Shown piece after piece: positions 38,746 to 40,285 of a stretch of 40,285 nucleotides of DNA; position 1 is the stretch's first letter, and each line of letters opens with the position of its first letter. The notes under the pieces are model-generated. The model did not search any database. It saw only the letters and a program-made list of their open reading frames with translations, and had not been told where the DNA came from. The translations under genes and the position numbers were made by a program. Source of the DNA: Cyanobium sp. (lineage in GTDB: Bacteria; Cyanobacteriota; Cyanobacteriia; PCC-6307; Cyanobiaceae); assembly GCA_044341355.1 (NCBI GenBank), contig JBIIRU010000001.1, positions 1 through 40,285 on the forward strand, in the 5' to 3' direction.

Positions 38746-40285
38746 ATGTCCTTGCCGCCGCCCAGCCGCCACCCGCCTCAAGCAAGAGGGGCAGGGCGAC
38801 CACACCGGCGCGGATTGCTGAAAACGGTGCTGCTCGGGGTGTTGCTGCTGGGGGTACTGCTGACCGGGCTGTTAAGCCAGGCCCCCCTCGTGGCCGCTCC
38901 GACGACCATGGCCGGCCCCCAGGCCTCGGCACCCCGCCCTCAAGCGGCCGATGAAGTGCGTGATAGCGGCAGTTTCCACCGCGCCAAGGTGCGCATCCTT
39001 GGTATTCCTGTGATCACCGTGGCTTCACCGGTAGTGGCGGCTGCGGGCGGGCCGGATGCGCGGCAGCGGGCGCGGGTGATCGAGGGCAACCTCGAATTGC
39101 TCTACCGCGCCCAGGAGGTGTGCACGGAGGCGGAAGGGCTGGCTGAATTCATTCTCGATCAGCTCTACTTGCGCAGCGGCCAGCGCGTTTGCGATAGCAA
39201 CCAGCTGGGTCTGCTGGGGAATCCCACTGCCCTGCAGGTGGAAGTGGCCGCCGGCAGTGGCGGCCCGCCCGTGCTGCAGGCGCGGGTGCCGGGAAGGGAG
39301 CTGCCCCTGCCCCTGTTGAGTGTCACCGCTGAAGACGCCCGGCTCAACGGCACCACCCCCGATCAGCTGGCTCAGCGCTGGCAGCCGCTGCTGCAGCAGC
39401 GGCTGCGTTTCGCCCGCCACCTGCTAGTGCCGGGGGTGCTGGGGCGCCGCTTTCGCGCCATGGCGCTATTTGAGCTGGCGCTGGGGGGACTGCTGTTCAC
39501 AGGCCTGTTTCTCTGGCGGCTGGTCAAGCGCCGACTTGGCGAGCTGGAGCTGCGGCAGGCCCAGTTATTGGCCGCCTCCCGGACCGGTTCCCCGCTAGAT
39601 ATGGCCCCAGCCCCAGCCCCGGCCCCAGCCGCTGGCTCAGCCCCAGCTCCAGCCGTTGGCTCGGCTCCAGGCTCGGCCCTGCTGATCCCGGCGCTGCACC
39701 TGCTGAGCCGCGCCCTGCTGGCGGCTGTGCTGCTGCTGCTGCCCTTGATGGTGGGGGTGGCGGTGCTGGCGGTGCCGGGCCAGATCCCCCTGGCGATCAA
39801 CCTGATGCTGCAGCCCTTTTCGGTGCTGGCCAAGCTGATGGTCGGCTGGCTGCTGGCCCTGCTAGTGCAGGCGGTGCTGGCGGCCCTACTCAGCCAGTGG
39901 AACAGCAATCCTTCATTGGCGCCGGAGCGGCGCGCCCGCCGCAACCAGCGCTACCGCAGCCTGAAGCGGGTGGTCAGCCGCCTGGTGAATCTGGCCTGCA
40001 TCTCGCTGGTGACCCTCTGGGTGGTGGTTGCCATCCCCGGCGTCCGCGACCTCTCCAGCAACACCCTGCTGGCCAGCGGTGCCGTCCTCGGTGCCCTGGC
40101 CCTGGTATTCCAAGACCTGCTGCGTGATTTCGTCGCCGGCCTGGTGCTGCTGCTGGAGGACCGCTACGCCATTGGTGATGAGATCACGATCGACGGCCTC
40201 AGTGGTGAGGTAATCGATGTGGACCTGCTCAGCACGCAATTGCGCAGCGCCGACCAACGGGTGGTGGTGATCCCCAACAACGAGT
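38746..40285 (+). CDS. MscS family mechanosensitive channel with large N-terminal extension; 3'-truncated by the window
   Basis: Frame is open from ATG 38746 to the end (absent from the ORF track because it has no stop). FQDLLRDFVAGLVLLLEDRYAIGDEITIDGLSGEVIDVDLLSTQLR...VVIPN is the MscS core. Confidence 0.9.
   Translation, partial: MSLPPPSRHPPQARGAGRPHRRGLLKTVLLGVLLLGVLLTGLLSQAPLVAAPTTMAGPQASAPRPQAADEVRDSGSFHRAKVRILGIPVITVASPVVAAAGGPDARQRARVIEGNLELLYRAQEVCTEAEGLAEFILDQLYLRSGQRVCDSNQLGLLGNPTALQVEVAAGSGGPPVLQARVPGRELPLPLLSVTAEDARLNGTTPDQLAQRWQPLLQQRLRFARHLLVPGVLGRRFRAMALFELALGGLLFTGLFLWRLVKRRLGELELRQAQLLAASRTGSPLDMAPAPAPAPAAGSAPAPAVGSAPGSALLIPALHLLSRALLAAVLLLLPLMVGVAVLAVPGQIPLAINLMLQPFSVLAKLMVGWLLALLVQAVLAALLSQWNSNPSLAPERRARRNQRYRSLKRVVSRLVNLACISLVTLWVVVAIPGVRDLSSNTLLASGAVLGALALVFQDLLRDFVAGLVLLLEDRYAIGDEITIDGLSGEVIDVDLLSTQLRSADQRVVVIPNNE

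Overview
GC-rich picocyanobacterial DNA, probably Cyanobium or freshwater Synechococcus (inferred from psbP, the rbp gene, a Uma2 gene and a PGPLP-type sorting tail). Bases 1-8000 are core genes: the 3' end of a DEAD-box helicase, an RRM protein, an ABC exporter, an LCP protein, an FAD oxidoreductase, psbP, recR and lipA. About 9-33 kb is an accessory region with no visible integrase or tRNA. It holds a frameshifted Rpn/DUF4351 gene, an AT-rich GT2 glycosyltransferase, an arylsulfatase with a divergent AraC regulator, an FAH hydrolase, a modular repeat protein, Uma2, and a type I restriction-modification operon. The hsdS-hsdR gap of that operon carries an intact Septu/PtuAB-like ATPase + HNH pair with no retron RT, a 28-codon DUF262-like stub and an internally deleted zeta-toxin-like module. 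A 20-bp tandem repeat at the hsdR/ygjP junction creates a chain of TGATG-coupled hexapeptide mini-ORFs. Several cryptic gene remnants were found by eye (arylsulfatase 3' end, FdhF/YdeP, ISAs1). The window ends with a PEP-CTERM-like protein, an osmoprotectant permease-SBP fusion, DoxX, a ferritin-like protein and a partial MscS. Family calls rest on recognised motifs; no database searches were run.
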